A stretch of 63,015 bases of DNA, counting the filler, from Lenisia limosa (taxonomy: Eukaryota > Protista > Breviatea): NCBI GenBank assembly GCA_001655205.1. It is 8 parts of 8 records of this genome, joined end to end, with 100 filler letters (N's around TTAATTAATTAA, not from the genome) between each part and the next. Parts side by side here need not be neighbours in the genome. Positions count along the whole stretch, not along the records: positions 45,248 to 54,363 come from LPNZ01002919.1; positions 54,464 to 60,918 come from LPNZ01007854.1; 6 more parts are not named here. The stretch is one strand, 5' to 3'. The position numbers were made by a program, and so were the translations under genes. This document shows, in pieces, positions 50,350 to 60,179 of the stretch. The notes below the pieces were generated by a model. It did no database searches. It saw only the letters and a list, made by a program, of their open reading frames with translations, and had not been told where the DNA came from. Numbering within the stretch: the first letter of the stretch is position 1; each line of letters opens with the position of its first letter.

Positions 50350-51378
50350 TGGCTTACCAATGGGCCTATCATATCTATGCTGGAAGGGTTGTTTCTAATA
50401 CGTATGTTCATAATGGTGATCTCACCTTTCATCAAACGGTCGGCCTACCCATGGGTACCAATGCAGCTCTTCTGCTCGCTAACCTTGGGCTGTATCGCCA
50501 CGAAAGGGACTTTGTCTCAAGTCACCAGGACGACACAGTGATATCAACGCCATAAGGTTTATTGATGATATTCTCTTGGTTTACCCTCATCATAGCTTCC
50601 AGAAACATAATATCCCAACATCTGATGATATTGACCCTATCTACCCACCCTATCTGCAATTATCACAAACATCCGCTTCCACAACTGAAGTGGGTTATCT
50701 TGATATACAGGTTAACATTCATAGGAATCATATCAATACTTCAATATACGATAAACGCAGAGATTTTGTTTTAAAGTCAATCAATATCCATATATCCATT
50801 CCACTATTCTGAAACATATTGTAAAAGGTGCAACTCACGGGTTATGGTCGATTGTGTTCTCAACCGAAACACTTCGCCTACAATGCTGCTCGTTTCATCC
50901 GAACCCTTAATACCAGTGGATATAATCTTGCATTCCTCAAGAAATTAACGATATCATTCACCTTCAAATTCAAGTTTGCATTCATGACACCCCATCGAAC
51001 AAAACTGAGGGCGCTTCTTCGCCGGCCTCATAGACTTGGGGATCTCTCCACCTGAGACCTAGTCCTACTATTGAGCCACTTATAATCTGTTCTCCTTTGA
51101 GGACGTTATCAATATTTACGATAATATTACTCTATAAAGCCTTTGATGTCTACAATTGTAACTCTCTGGCACCTCCTGAACCTGTGACATAAGATGGATT
51201 TTGGAGGGCCTATTTGGGTTATAATACAGGGACTATTGTCCTTATTCATGAATCTAATCCTTGTAGGTATGCTGGGGAGGCTCGCAGAAAGCTGTATGCA
51301 CAGAGTTGTAAGGCAAATGATTGGGTGAATTACTACTCTACTATAATCCAATATTTCTTATAAGCGTGATGGTGTGGA
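50350..51378 (+). mobile_element. 5'-truncated, frameshifted Penelope-like retroelement (RT palm/thumb plus 3' repeat)
   Basis: NTYVHNGDLTFHQTVGLPMGTNAALLLANL, a frameshift, RFIDDIL, IYPPYLQL, YLDI, TSIYDKRRDF, a stop, then QLTGYGRLCS. The 3' segment matches dispersed family E. Confidence 0.85.
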
Positions 51379-51528
51379 NNNNNNNNNNNNNNNNNNNNNN
51401 NNNNNNNNNNNNNNNNNNNNNNNNNNNNNNNNNNNNNNNNNNNNNNNNNNNNNNNNNNNNNNNNNNNNNNNNNNNNNGGAGTTTAGTCAATCAAAAAGGA
51501 ACCCTTTCTTCAAGCCCTTAATCTGTAG

Positions 51529-53559
51529 AAAGAGAACGGCCTTCCCGGGTGCCTTCCCACCGACAAATGGGGGGTAGCCGAGCATAGAGCTAGGGAGTCC
51601 CTGCTGTCTTCGAGTAACAAATCAAATAGCTTTGAGGTGAACTGATTTTCTAAAGATATACTGTGACCGGGATAAGACTTGACCTATTTCCGTGGGAAAT
51701 CACATGCAAATCGGTCAAGACTTACTGTGTATGTCTGATGGAACTTTATATTCTCTTACCTCCTCAGGGATTTATCATCCTCACGATGTTGCTCTTGGTT
51801 TGTGGGAGTTTTCATATTTGGCAAATCACTGCTACCAAATATCATTTAAATTTCTAAAACTAATCTAATTTGACTCACCATCCAAGTTTTTGGCGAATGC
51901 TGGCCAAGTGCTTTCCAACCTCCTCCATTATGGTGTTTTGATATCTCTGGAAGTAGGGGGGGGGGGGTTGTAAATTGAAGGATTTCGATGAAGAATATTG
52001 GCATAAAGGTACTAATCATGAACCGAATAATCTAAAACTGACATATGAGGTGGAAGTGGATTGTTCGTTATAATTAGGGGAAAAGACCATCAAAATATCG
52101 ATAATTTTCGAGGATTTATTGAGAAATCCAGTCTTTTTTGGACCTTAGGGAATCCCTAGTTTTACTTCTTCTTCATAATTGTCCTAATCACAGCCTTTTT
52201 TCCTGGACGATCCTTTCAACTTCAGTGGAATCAAGCTTCTGATAAGTGGGCTGGGTTCTTATTCTTGGATAACATCAATATACAAGGGGGATACACGATA
52301 AGTCTTGACCGATTTTTCTTCGGTATCCCATTGTTTTTCAACACAATTCCTTAAGTCTCCCATTGTTTACCATCATATGTTTTTTGTCTTCCAAATAATA
52401 TCGTTGATCTCATTTTATAGTCATCAACTCCTTCGCAGCCGTCTGTTTCCTCATTGAAAAATCGGCTGCAATGTTCAAGGAAATTCCCTCGAAACTTGTT
52501 GCTGCGCTGCAGTGTCTTAATGTAGCACTGCTCATCGCAGTTCCAACTTGTTTGATCCAGATATGGCGTCCTGGTTATGGTGTGACTGGGTTAAAAATCT
52601 CACCCAATTGTGCAGAACTTTTGTTTATCCCTTTCTGACTATTTTTAGGTACTGGAGCATTTGTGATGATGTGGGACTGTATTGTTTTCCTCAAATTAAC
52701 GTCGTACGCTGGAATCAACGCGTATCTGAGGAAGACCTACCGCATCGCAACAAAACAAGGTGGATTATGGAGCTTATTTTCGGTTCTTGAAAGACTGGTA
52801 AAATATGCTCTTGACAGGGCCTTTGTTTGTGGGCTTCCTTATCCAAAAGAACATTGTGTTTTTCAGCCTTTTTGGCCAAAATGTCGACATTATTGTGTTT
52901 TACACTTTGAAACCTGTTGAAAGAGTTGTGGGCTGTTGTGTAGTGAAAGTATTAAGGAGAGTAGTAAATAGAAATTTGAGAAGTAAAATTGGTATGTACA
53001 TATGCATATATACAGTGACCGGGATGAGTCTTAACCGATTTGCTATGATTTCCCAAAAGTCTTCTCCCGGTCTTTTTATGTATCTATAATTCTATATGAT
53101 CATATATCATATGTAATATTTTGAGAGTTCAAATCTCTTGCTGATATCTTCCCAATCTTAGGCAAACTCACTCCTGGTCACAAGCACGCCTACCCCCAAT
53201 GTGTATCAGCAAATCGCATGTTTTACTTCTTCTGCGCCCCCACTTTATGTTATCAGGTATGATCTTCTGTGGAACTACATTCTCTATCCTCTTCAGTATA
53301 TTTCTCAACATTGGATCTTTTTTGAAGACAATATGATCATGAGCTAATTTTTAGAACTCCACACGCAATTAATGTTTTGAAGAAATGAATTGACAAAATT
53401 TGAAATTTAAGTGTCTGAAATGGAGTTCCCATTACAATGGGGCTCACTTCAAATTATTTCTTTAATTGAACGGAGCCTTACTAATTGTTCACTTAGATCT
53501 CGTACCCACGGACTGATAGGGTCAGGAAAACCTTCATATTCAGGAAGTCATTGGAAATG
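51529..53559 (+). CDS. DGAT1: Diacylglycerol O-acyltransferase 1 (MBOAT), partial
   Basis: HRARESLLSS..FE|GFIILTMLLL|FLANAGQVLSNLLHYGVL, FLDDPFNF, IVFLKLTSY, YPQCVSANRMFYFFCAPTLCYQ|ISYPRTDRVRKTFIFRK are colinear with DGAT1. Confidence 0.9.
51661..51728. mobile_element. Family A mini-MITE in a DGAT1 intron
   Basis: CTGTGACCGGGATAAGACTTGACCTATTT...AAATCGGTCAAGACTTAC. Confidence 0.65.
51955..52045 (-). repeat. Family D2 repeat at a G-run just after a DGAT1 splice donor (antisense to the host)
   Basis: GAA|GTAG(G)n TTGTAAATTGAAGGATTTCGATGAAGAATATTGGCATAAAGGTACTAATCATGAACCGAATAATCTAAAAC. Confidence 0.7.
52076..52158. mobile_element. Family B (B2 variant) MITE, left end eroded
   Basis: AAAAGACC..AATATCGATAATTTTCGAGGATTTATTGAGAAATCCAGTCTTTTTTGGACCTTAGGGAATCCCTA. 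Confidence 0.65.
53013..53072. mobile_element. Family A mini-MITE, degenerate
   Basis: TA|CAGTGACCGGGATGAGTCTTAACCGATTTGCTATGATTTCCC...CCCGGTC. Confidence 0.6.
53352..53480. mobile_element. Family C MITE
   Basis: Internal ACAAAATTTGAAATTTAAGTGTC...CACTTCAAATT and terminus AATTGAACGGAGCCTTA match the copy at 41432. Confidence 0.65.
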
Positions 53560-53588
53560 GTGAGCAAGGCTTGAGGACTCAAAATATA

Positions 53589-53653
53589 CACTGACTGGGA
53601 TAAGTCTTGGGGAAATCAAATAGCATATCGGTCAAGTTTTATGCTGGTCATTG
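53589..53653. mobile_element. Family A mini-MITE flanked by TA
   Basis: TA|CACTGACTGGGATAAGTCTTG...CGGTCAAGTTTTATGCTGGTCATTG|TA. Confidence 0.7.
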
Positions 53654-54114
53654 TACAAATTTTGTGTCATACATATCATATGTATTGTGAGGGGTGAATG
53701 AATATTATACTTGACAACCCAAAATCTTTTTTCAAAATGATATGTGGATAGCTTTAGCAAGATGCTTCTTAGGTATATTGTGACCAAAACATTCATTCGC
53801 CCAATAAAGCAGGCAATAAACACTTTCAACAAGAGGTATTCATGCAATCGAATTCCGTTAATTATTACATCACCATTAAAAAATATTCCACCATAAAATT
53901 CAGTTTTCTCCTTCAATCAAAAACTCAATCTTTTGAAAGAACCAAGACGGGGTTTACTATTCAAAACGTAATATGGCTTTTTTTTTTCATTAATTCCAGA
54001 CTTATATTAACTTGGACAGGTATTTGTTGTCGGGTTAATGTGCACCATTTTCCGACAGTATATGGTGGGGGGTTCATTCCAAGTGTTTCAACATTTGAGG
54101 AAGTCTTATCAAAG

Positions 54115-54182
54115 ATAAGTCTTGACCTATTTTCCTTGGGAATTCACATAGCAAGTCGGCCAAGACTCATACCTGTCACTAT
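54115..54182. mobile_element. Family A mini-MITE
   Basis: GATAAGTCTTGACCTATTTTCCTTGGGAATTCACATAGCAAGTCGGCCAAGACTCATACCTGTCACTATA. Confidence 0.6.
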
Positions 54183-54407
54183 ATTCATTCATATTTTTAT
54201 CTCCCCACCTCCTTCCTCCACAGCCATCACTCCATCATCCCCTGAGGAACCCCTGGCTATTTACCCCATAGTAGCTATTTATCCCCCTTGATGGGATTCG
54301 GTGCTGCCGAAGTGACTGGTTTGGGCTTTGTTTGTTTTGGTGTGGTCAACCCTTGTCTTTTGCNNNNNNNNNNNNNNNNNNNNNNNNNNNNNNNNNNNNN
54401 NNNNNNN

Positions 54408-54419
54408 TTAATTAATTAA
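54408..54419. other. Artificial scaffold linker
   Basis: TTAATTAATTAA within an N block. Confidence 0.95.
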
Positions 54420-54883
54420 NNNNNNNNNNNNNNNNNNNNNNNNNNNNNNNNNNNNNNNNNNNNTTCCCAGGGATGTAATAGTGGAGCGTTAAAATTGCCA
54501 TTTTATTGGAATTCATGCAAGACATGAAATTTATTGAAATTGAAGATCAGTGACTGACATAGGATTGTGATGTAAAAGGACCCATATTTAATGCAATAAA
54601 GCAACCAGATGAGTCCCAATTCCATGTCTCACTTCTTTGAAATGAATTACTTAACTTGAAGCAATTAATTCATTCAATCATTTAAGGGGATATAGCTTTC
54701 GGTGCTTCACAAACGCATTTTCACCATTCATTGTTATAAAAAATATCCATAAAAAACAGTACCTTTGAAACAATTACCATAAGACCACAACCCACATATC
54801 CCTTCATAGCCACATCGACTCCACCAACAATCTCCCATCACTTCTCTTTCATCTCCTGCCAGCAGCCTGACGTCTCTCTTTCC

Positions 54884-55572
54884 TCATCTCCTCCCAGCCT
54901 GTCGTCTCTCTTTCCTCAAGGCCGTCCGGGCTGCTGCCTTCTGACACTCCAAACGATGGCGCTTCCAGTCCATTTTATGGCAGGATACGCTGCAGTAGCT
55001 GGGGGGGGGGGGGGNNNNNNNNNNNNNNNNNNNNNNNNNNNNNNNNNNNNNNNNNNNNNNNNNNNNNNNNNNNNNNNNNNNNNNNNNNNNNNNNNNNNNN
55101 NNNNNNNNNNNNNNNNNNNNNNNNNNNNNNNNNNNNNNNNNNNNNNNNNNNNNNNNNNNNNNGCCCAGGTCAGTCGCTTCTAACAAGAGGATGGGGTGAG
55201 TGAAGAGAGATTAAGATAATCCTGAGATACACAAAGTATATAAAAAATAATGCAAAACGAAGGTTAAACCACAAAATAAAGCCCAGGCCAGTCGCTTCTG
55301 GCTTTGGGAGGGGGGGGAGAAACAAAAAAAAACAAAAAAGAAAAGGAAATGAAGTACTATGAACCTGGTTCAATAGTGATAATACCCTAATATAAGTATA
55401 ATTGTAAAATATAGCAACACAGTCACATATTAAACAACCAAAAAATAAACACCCCAAAAGCAAGCAAAGATCTGATGTCAGTTCAGTTCAGTTCAGTTCA
55501 CCTTTGCTGGCGACACCCTTTGCATCTTTTGAGGGGCACTCCGACAGCTAAGCAGAATCGACAGCGACCAGT
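54884..55572 (-). CDS. C-terminal MYND-type zinc finger (last two exons of a gene)
   Basis: TGRCRFCLAVGVPLKRCKGCRQQ|SYCSVSCHKMDWKRHRLECQK: C-x2-C...C-x2-C...YCS-x2-C...W-x2-H-x3-C split over two exons. Confidence 0.75.
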
Positions 55573-55812
55573 CTAAGGGGGAGAGGGAGGAGGAGGTAAA
55601 AAAAGGGGAAATTATGAAACAAAAAGCCCAAAATCAACTCTGCTGGCAGCAATTTACGAGGTTGAAAACAANNNNNNNNNNNNNNNNNNNNNNNNNNNNN
55701 NNNNNNNNNNNNNNNNNNNNNNNNNNNNNNNNNNNNNNNNNNNNNNNNNNNNNNNNNNNNNNNNNNNNNNNNNNNNNNNNNNNNNNNNNNNNNNNNNNNN
55801 NNNNNNGGTAAT

Positions 55813-55813
<1 letters not shown>

Positions 55814-55858
<45 letters not shown>

Positions 55859-55866
55859 TAGAGAGA
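55814..55866. repeat. (GA)n microsatellite
   Basis: Run of about 20 GA units. Confidence 0.95.
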
Positions 55867-56089
55867 GTAAAAATGGAAAATTTATGAAATTAAAATAATG
55901 TGGGGGTGAGTCAGAATAAAAAGAGAAGTTATATGTGGTGAAAAGTGATGAATAAGAGAAATTGATAAAATGACAGGGGAGTCAGTGCATATTATCACTC
56001 TTTAGTAAGCATTAAGTTGCGCTTGTGAATCTTTTTGTAATTCATGTGCAGTATACATCATCACCACACTACTACGTGGTCAATGACAT

Positions 56090-56366
56090 GACAAGTGATG
56101 GCATACACAGCAAAGGTAACATTCACCTCGCTGCCGGCTCCAAACACCGCCGGCTTTACGGCATCCGCTCCCATCCCAAGCTTGAAGAGAGAGAGAACTC
56201 GTCCAGAATCCCAAGCGACGGCACCCAAGAGGTCAGTGGCTGTTGCTGGAGCTCTTGCATAGTATTCCAGATTGGCAATTGTTGGTTTGGAGCCCACTGC
56301 AAGTACCAATATGAGTGCTTGCGATGCTCCGCCAAGGATCATAATGAATATTTGATCTTGTCTCAT
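56090..56366 (+). pseudogene. Decayed fragment with a CCCH-like plus CCHC-like zinc-finger pair (possibly DIRS/Ngaro-like gag)
   Basis: CIVFQIGNCWFGAHCKYQYECLRCSAKDH, preceded in another frame by an Ala/Pro/Thr-rich linker that ends in a stop. Confidence 0.45.
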
Positions 56367-57025
56367 GTGAGTCTGTTTTTTTTTTTTCTAAGATCAAAAT
56401 AAGGAACCTAGATCTTATAGAAAACATCACTGCCTCAGCCTCAACAGGGAAAACAGTTTACGTTGTTTCTTTGTGATTACTGGCTAACTCAAGAAGCAGA
56501 CAAGGCCTTTTTTTGTCAGGTTAGTCAAATAATTGGCTGGTCGATTTGATTCTGGGTTTTTCCTTTCATAAGTTGTCAATAAGTCACGATGCCATTTTCT
56601 CACCCATATATATTCCGAACACCCAGAACGTTATGTCAACTGAAAGGGCTACCACTCCATTAGCGTTCAGTTTGGTTGTTTTGCAAATTGATCCCACTCT
56701 ACAGCAGGTGGTTTTTACCAATGACTTGGCGTTCATCTTTACAGCGGCTTTTTCAAAAGGTTAACACCAGTGCAAGTCCTATTTTTAGAGGAAATCCTGT
56801 GAAGTTGAAGCTAGTCGCCAAGAACTGAACTGTGGGACGATCTCTCTCTACTTAACGTTTGCACTGATTTCTTATGCAAGATCATCTGTCGTTTGAATGG
56901 TGATTTTCATGACCTTTTGATTTTCCTGCTGTTGTAAAAGTCATTATACATATCGATATACTTTTTCCAATCGTGCATGGCTGGAGTGCACGATTGGAAA
57001 ACGCCGAGTAAATATCGATATTTCC

Positions 57026-57114
57026 TAGGGCTCCGTCTGGAATATGATTCTCGTTATAATATGTCCGACTTCAAATTTTGAAACTAATTTTTCAATTAAT
57101 TGCACGGAGCCTTA
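57026..57114. mobile_element. Family C MITE, internally deleted
   Basis: TAGGGCTCCGT...ACTTCAAATTTTGAAACTAATTTTTCAATTAATTGCACGGAGCCTTA. Confidence 0.65.
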
Positions 57115-57149
57115 ATATTTCCCGTGGATTTGTCAAAATAGGAGTTCAG

Positions 57150-60100
57150 AAGACCCAACAGAAAAGGATAGCATTGGAGAAAATGCCAACTGCATCGTAC
57201 ATACCTGTTCAATGTTGATGGGGAAAATGCGATCCAAATCTTGCAGTTTCAGTTTAATCTGCGGTGGGGTGGGGTGAATATGGAATATTTATGAAACATT
57301 AGCACACACAAAACCCGTAACAATATCAGGTAATAATAATAAAAAAATCTTTTATTAAAAGACTGGTAATAATAAAAGACTCTCTGAATAAATGACACAT
57401 ACCCCGGGGGTAGCGCGGATCATCCCCGACAGGACAATGATTCTCGAGAGGACACACTCAGAAATGACGGGTAAGGAGGCCATTATAGCGTTGACAACGC
57501 AGGGTGAAGCTGGGGAGTAAAATTGAAAAATTTATGAAACAAAACAAACAAAAAACAAACGAATCAACTCTGTTGAAAAGGGGGCATCATACAAGGAATC
57601 CCCCCTCAGAGCAACTGGCCTGAGGCTCGTTTGTTTTGTTGCCCTTTACCCTTGTGGGTTTCCCAAATGCTAGCGACCGACTTTCGAGTCAAAAAGATGA
57701 ACGAAAATAATAGGAGGGTTCCTTCCGAGTAAAATTATTGGTCAAGTATCTTATTAGGAATTCCCAACGGTCCTAAAAAGACCGATAAAAGATCGATATT
57801 CTTCAAGAATTTATCGAGAAATTAACTCTTTTTTAGGGACCGTAGGGACGCCCTACATATGAATATGCAGTATCATGCATGGAAAATGACCCCCAGCACT
57901 ACGAGCCTTTAATGTGCACTGTTTGTTGTCATAAATTTTATTTCATTCTTGCCATGGAGCTTCACTTTCGGTTCAACAAAGAGTAAATCCTCGATAAATC
58001 CTTGATAAACCCTCGATAAATTCTCGATAAATTCTCGATAAATTCTCAATAAATTCTCGATAAATCCTCGATAAATCCTCGATAAATATCGAGCTCAATT
58101 ATTTTTGTNNNNNNNNNNNNNNNNNNNNNNNNNNNNNNNNNNNNNNNNNNNNNNNNNNNNNNNNNNNNNNNNNNNNNNNNNNNNNNNNNNNNNNNNNNNN
58201 NNAGGAGAATCAAAAGGCTTGATACGTTTTCTTCGGCCTTCAGTACCGAGGTTTCAATCTGGGCATTGTGACGATGAATATGGTGATTCTGATGGTGATG
58301 AAGCTATCAAATGGTCATTACTCCCCTCCAGTTCACTCAATCATTTGTCTAATAACTCCACATCAATTCAAGGGGGCGGCGGTATTAATACATCAATTGT
58401 AATCCAAGATAAAAGAGCAAAACACAAATTTATANNNNNNNNNNNNNNNNNNNNNNNNNNNNNNNNNNNNNNNNNNNNNNNNNNNNNNNNNNNNNNNNNN
58501 NNNCTTGGCCCGGCCCAGTATCATTTTTGTCCCTCCTCTCTAGGTCTTCACTTCGGTTTGAAAAAGACCGTTAAAATTTTCGAAGAGTTATCCAGAAATT
58601 CAGTCTTTCTTTGCATCGAACTGAAGCCCTAGTCCCCCCCACTTGGCCCGGCCCGGCATCATCATTGTCTGACTCCGACGACTCGATCCCGGGCTGGGGT
58701 GGCTGTTGGATGCTGAGACCTGCTAAACCCTGCAGCAGAGATTGTTGACGCACGTCTAGGGGGGAGTAAAAAGAAGGAAATTTCGATGAAGAATATTGGC
58801 GTAAAGGAGTAAATATGGAAAATTTATGAAACAGACTCAGAATCGGGGAAGGGTAAGTATCGATATTTAGAGGGATATTGTTCTTTTGGGAGATAAAGCC
58901 AGACTAAGTAATGCGATTCTTCTTCCGAGGATTTATCGAGAATTCAGTCTTTTTTGGAACCTTAAGTGAAGCTCTACATATAACCACCGCGGACCATTGG
59001 TGACGTCATCATCGTCATCACTGGTAAGAGCGGAAATTTCGGGTCGCGGCCGGTGAGGGATCACAACAGGTTCGGATGTGTCTTCGTCCATCTTACCCCT
59101 GGGTTGTAACACAATATAAATAGCCATATTCATGCAGTGGCTGCAATAAATCCTGGTACGGATATTGACTTCATTGGGACTTGTCGGTCAATATCATAAG
59201 AGCGGAGACCCCCCCCCCACCCTTCCAAAACCGCAACAGAATCACCCATGCTCAGCAGAATGGCGGCGATGTCAGAGGGTGACGGGTCTGCAGAGGTAAA
59301 AATAGAGATAAAATAGAGAGATGAAATAGAGAGATAAAATATAGAGCATTGCTATTATATATATCAATGAGAAATACAAAATAAAGTTGTATCTGGCCGA
59401 GGCCGTCCACACCATCACGCTAATAAGAGATACTGGATTATAGTATAATATTAATTCACCCAATAGGCCTCCCCTCACATCATTCATAATTAGGGCTTCC
59501 CTACGGTCCTAAAAAGACCGGTACAATATCGATATTTATCGAGAATTTGTCGGGAAATTCAGTCTATTTTGGGACAGTAGGGAAGCCCAATTCATACTAT
59601 GATGTAACACTCCCACCCCACTTTTCATACTCACGGCCTGGTCAATTCTACTTGCCAAAGCCTGGTTGAGCACTGCCGGGTGCGTGTCCAGCCCCCACTC
59701 CACGATGACAGGGATGGAAGACAGGATTGATGAAGGACCTAGTGGGGCGAGAGTAAAATGTATGAAACAAAAAAAAAAGGCCCCAATCAACTTGGTTGGC
59801 TGACAACACACAAGTGTTGATAACAACANNNNNNNNNNNNNNNNNNNNNNNNNNNNNNNNNNNNNNNNNNNNNNNNNNNNNNNNNNNNNNNNNNNNNNNN
59901 NNNNNNNNNNNNNNNNNNNNNNNNNNNNNNNNNNNNNNNNNNNNNNNNNNNNNNNNNNNNNNNNNNNNNNNNNNNNNNNNNNNNNNNNNNNNNNNNNNTA
60001 TTGAAATATGGGTCTAAGGCATAAGGTAATTTGAAATATCGGTCTAAGGCAGTTATATAGTCATATCATTAGGGGATATGTATCTATCAATAAGGTTAAC

Positions 60101-60179
60101 ATTCCGTACCTTTCGCCCAGAAGTCGGACATAAGTTCTAGGGACTCGCTGAGAGCCTCAGGACTGCATGTTGACGCGAT
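57150..60179 (-). CDS. Scattered exons of a hypothetical helical protein (may be the upstream part of the MYND gene)
   Basis: AG/GT-bounded open exons IASTCSPEALSESLELMSDFWAK|, GPSSILSSIPVIVEWGLDTHPAVLNQALASRIDQA, DPSPSDIAAILLSM|, ASPCVVNAIMASLPVISECVLSRIIVLSGMIRATPG| and IKLKLQDLDRIFPINIEQ|. Confidence 0.5.
57508..57580 (-). repeat. Family D1 repeat forming an intron 3' end
   Basis: The minus strand reads CAACAGAGTTGATT...GTTTCATAAATTTTTCAATTTTACTCCCCAG|CTTCACC. Confidence 0.75.
57755..57855. mobile_element. Family B (B2 variant) MITE
   Basis: TAGGAATTCCCAACGGTCCTAAAAAGACC...TTTTTAGGGACCGTAGGGACGCCCTA. Confidence 0.7.
57988..58087. repeat. 11-bp minisatellite (about 9 copies) expanded inside a family B MITE
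   Basis: (AAATYCTCGAT)n directly follows a B left terminus GAGCTTCACTTTCGGTTC. Confidence 0.85.
58541..58631. mobile_element. Family B MITE
   Basis: TAGGTCTTCACTTCGGTTTGAAAAAGACC...CGAACTGAAGCCCTA. Confidence 0.7.
58758..58835 (-). repeat. Compound D2 plus D1 ends at a 3' splice site
   Basis: The plus strand reads CTAG GGGGGAGTAAAAAGAAGGAAATTTCGATGAAGAATATTGGCGTAAAGG AGTAAATATGGAAAATTTATGAAAC. Confidence 0.7.
59375..59465 (-). repeat. Family E repeat
   Basis: GTTGTATCTGGCCGAGGCCGTCCACACCATCACGCTAATAAGAGATACTGGATTATAGT...AATTCACCCAAT. Confidence 0.75.
59491..59589. mobile_element. Family B (B2 variant) MITE
   Basis: TAGGGCTTCCCTACGGTCCTAAAAAGACC...GTCTATTTTGGGACAGTAGGGAAGCCCA. Confidence 0.8.
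59738..59829 (-). repeat. Family D1 repeat forming an intron 3' end
   Basis: The minus strand reads GTGTGTTGTCAGCCAACCAAGTTGATTGGGGCC...GTTTCATACATTTTACTCTCGCCCCACTAG|GTCC. Confidence 0.75.

Noticed and set aside
51230-51310. GIY-YIG endonuclease-like peptide (CRYAGEARRKL) after the PLE RT
   Set aside because: The resemblance is weak, with no GIY half-motif and nearby stops. It cannot be supported without an intact copy.
51290-51378. Hammerhead ribozyme in the PLE 3' repeat
   Set aside because: No CUGANGA...GAAA core is visible in any E copy by eye, so it is left as a test rather than a feature.
51860-52960. Minus-strand multi-exon gene
   Set aside because: The plus strand gives colinear DGAT1 motifs; the minus-strand readings are shadows.
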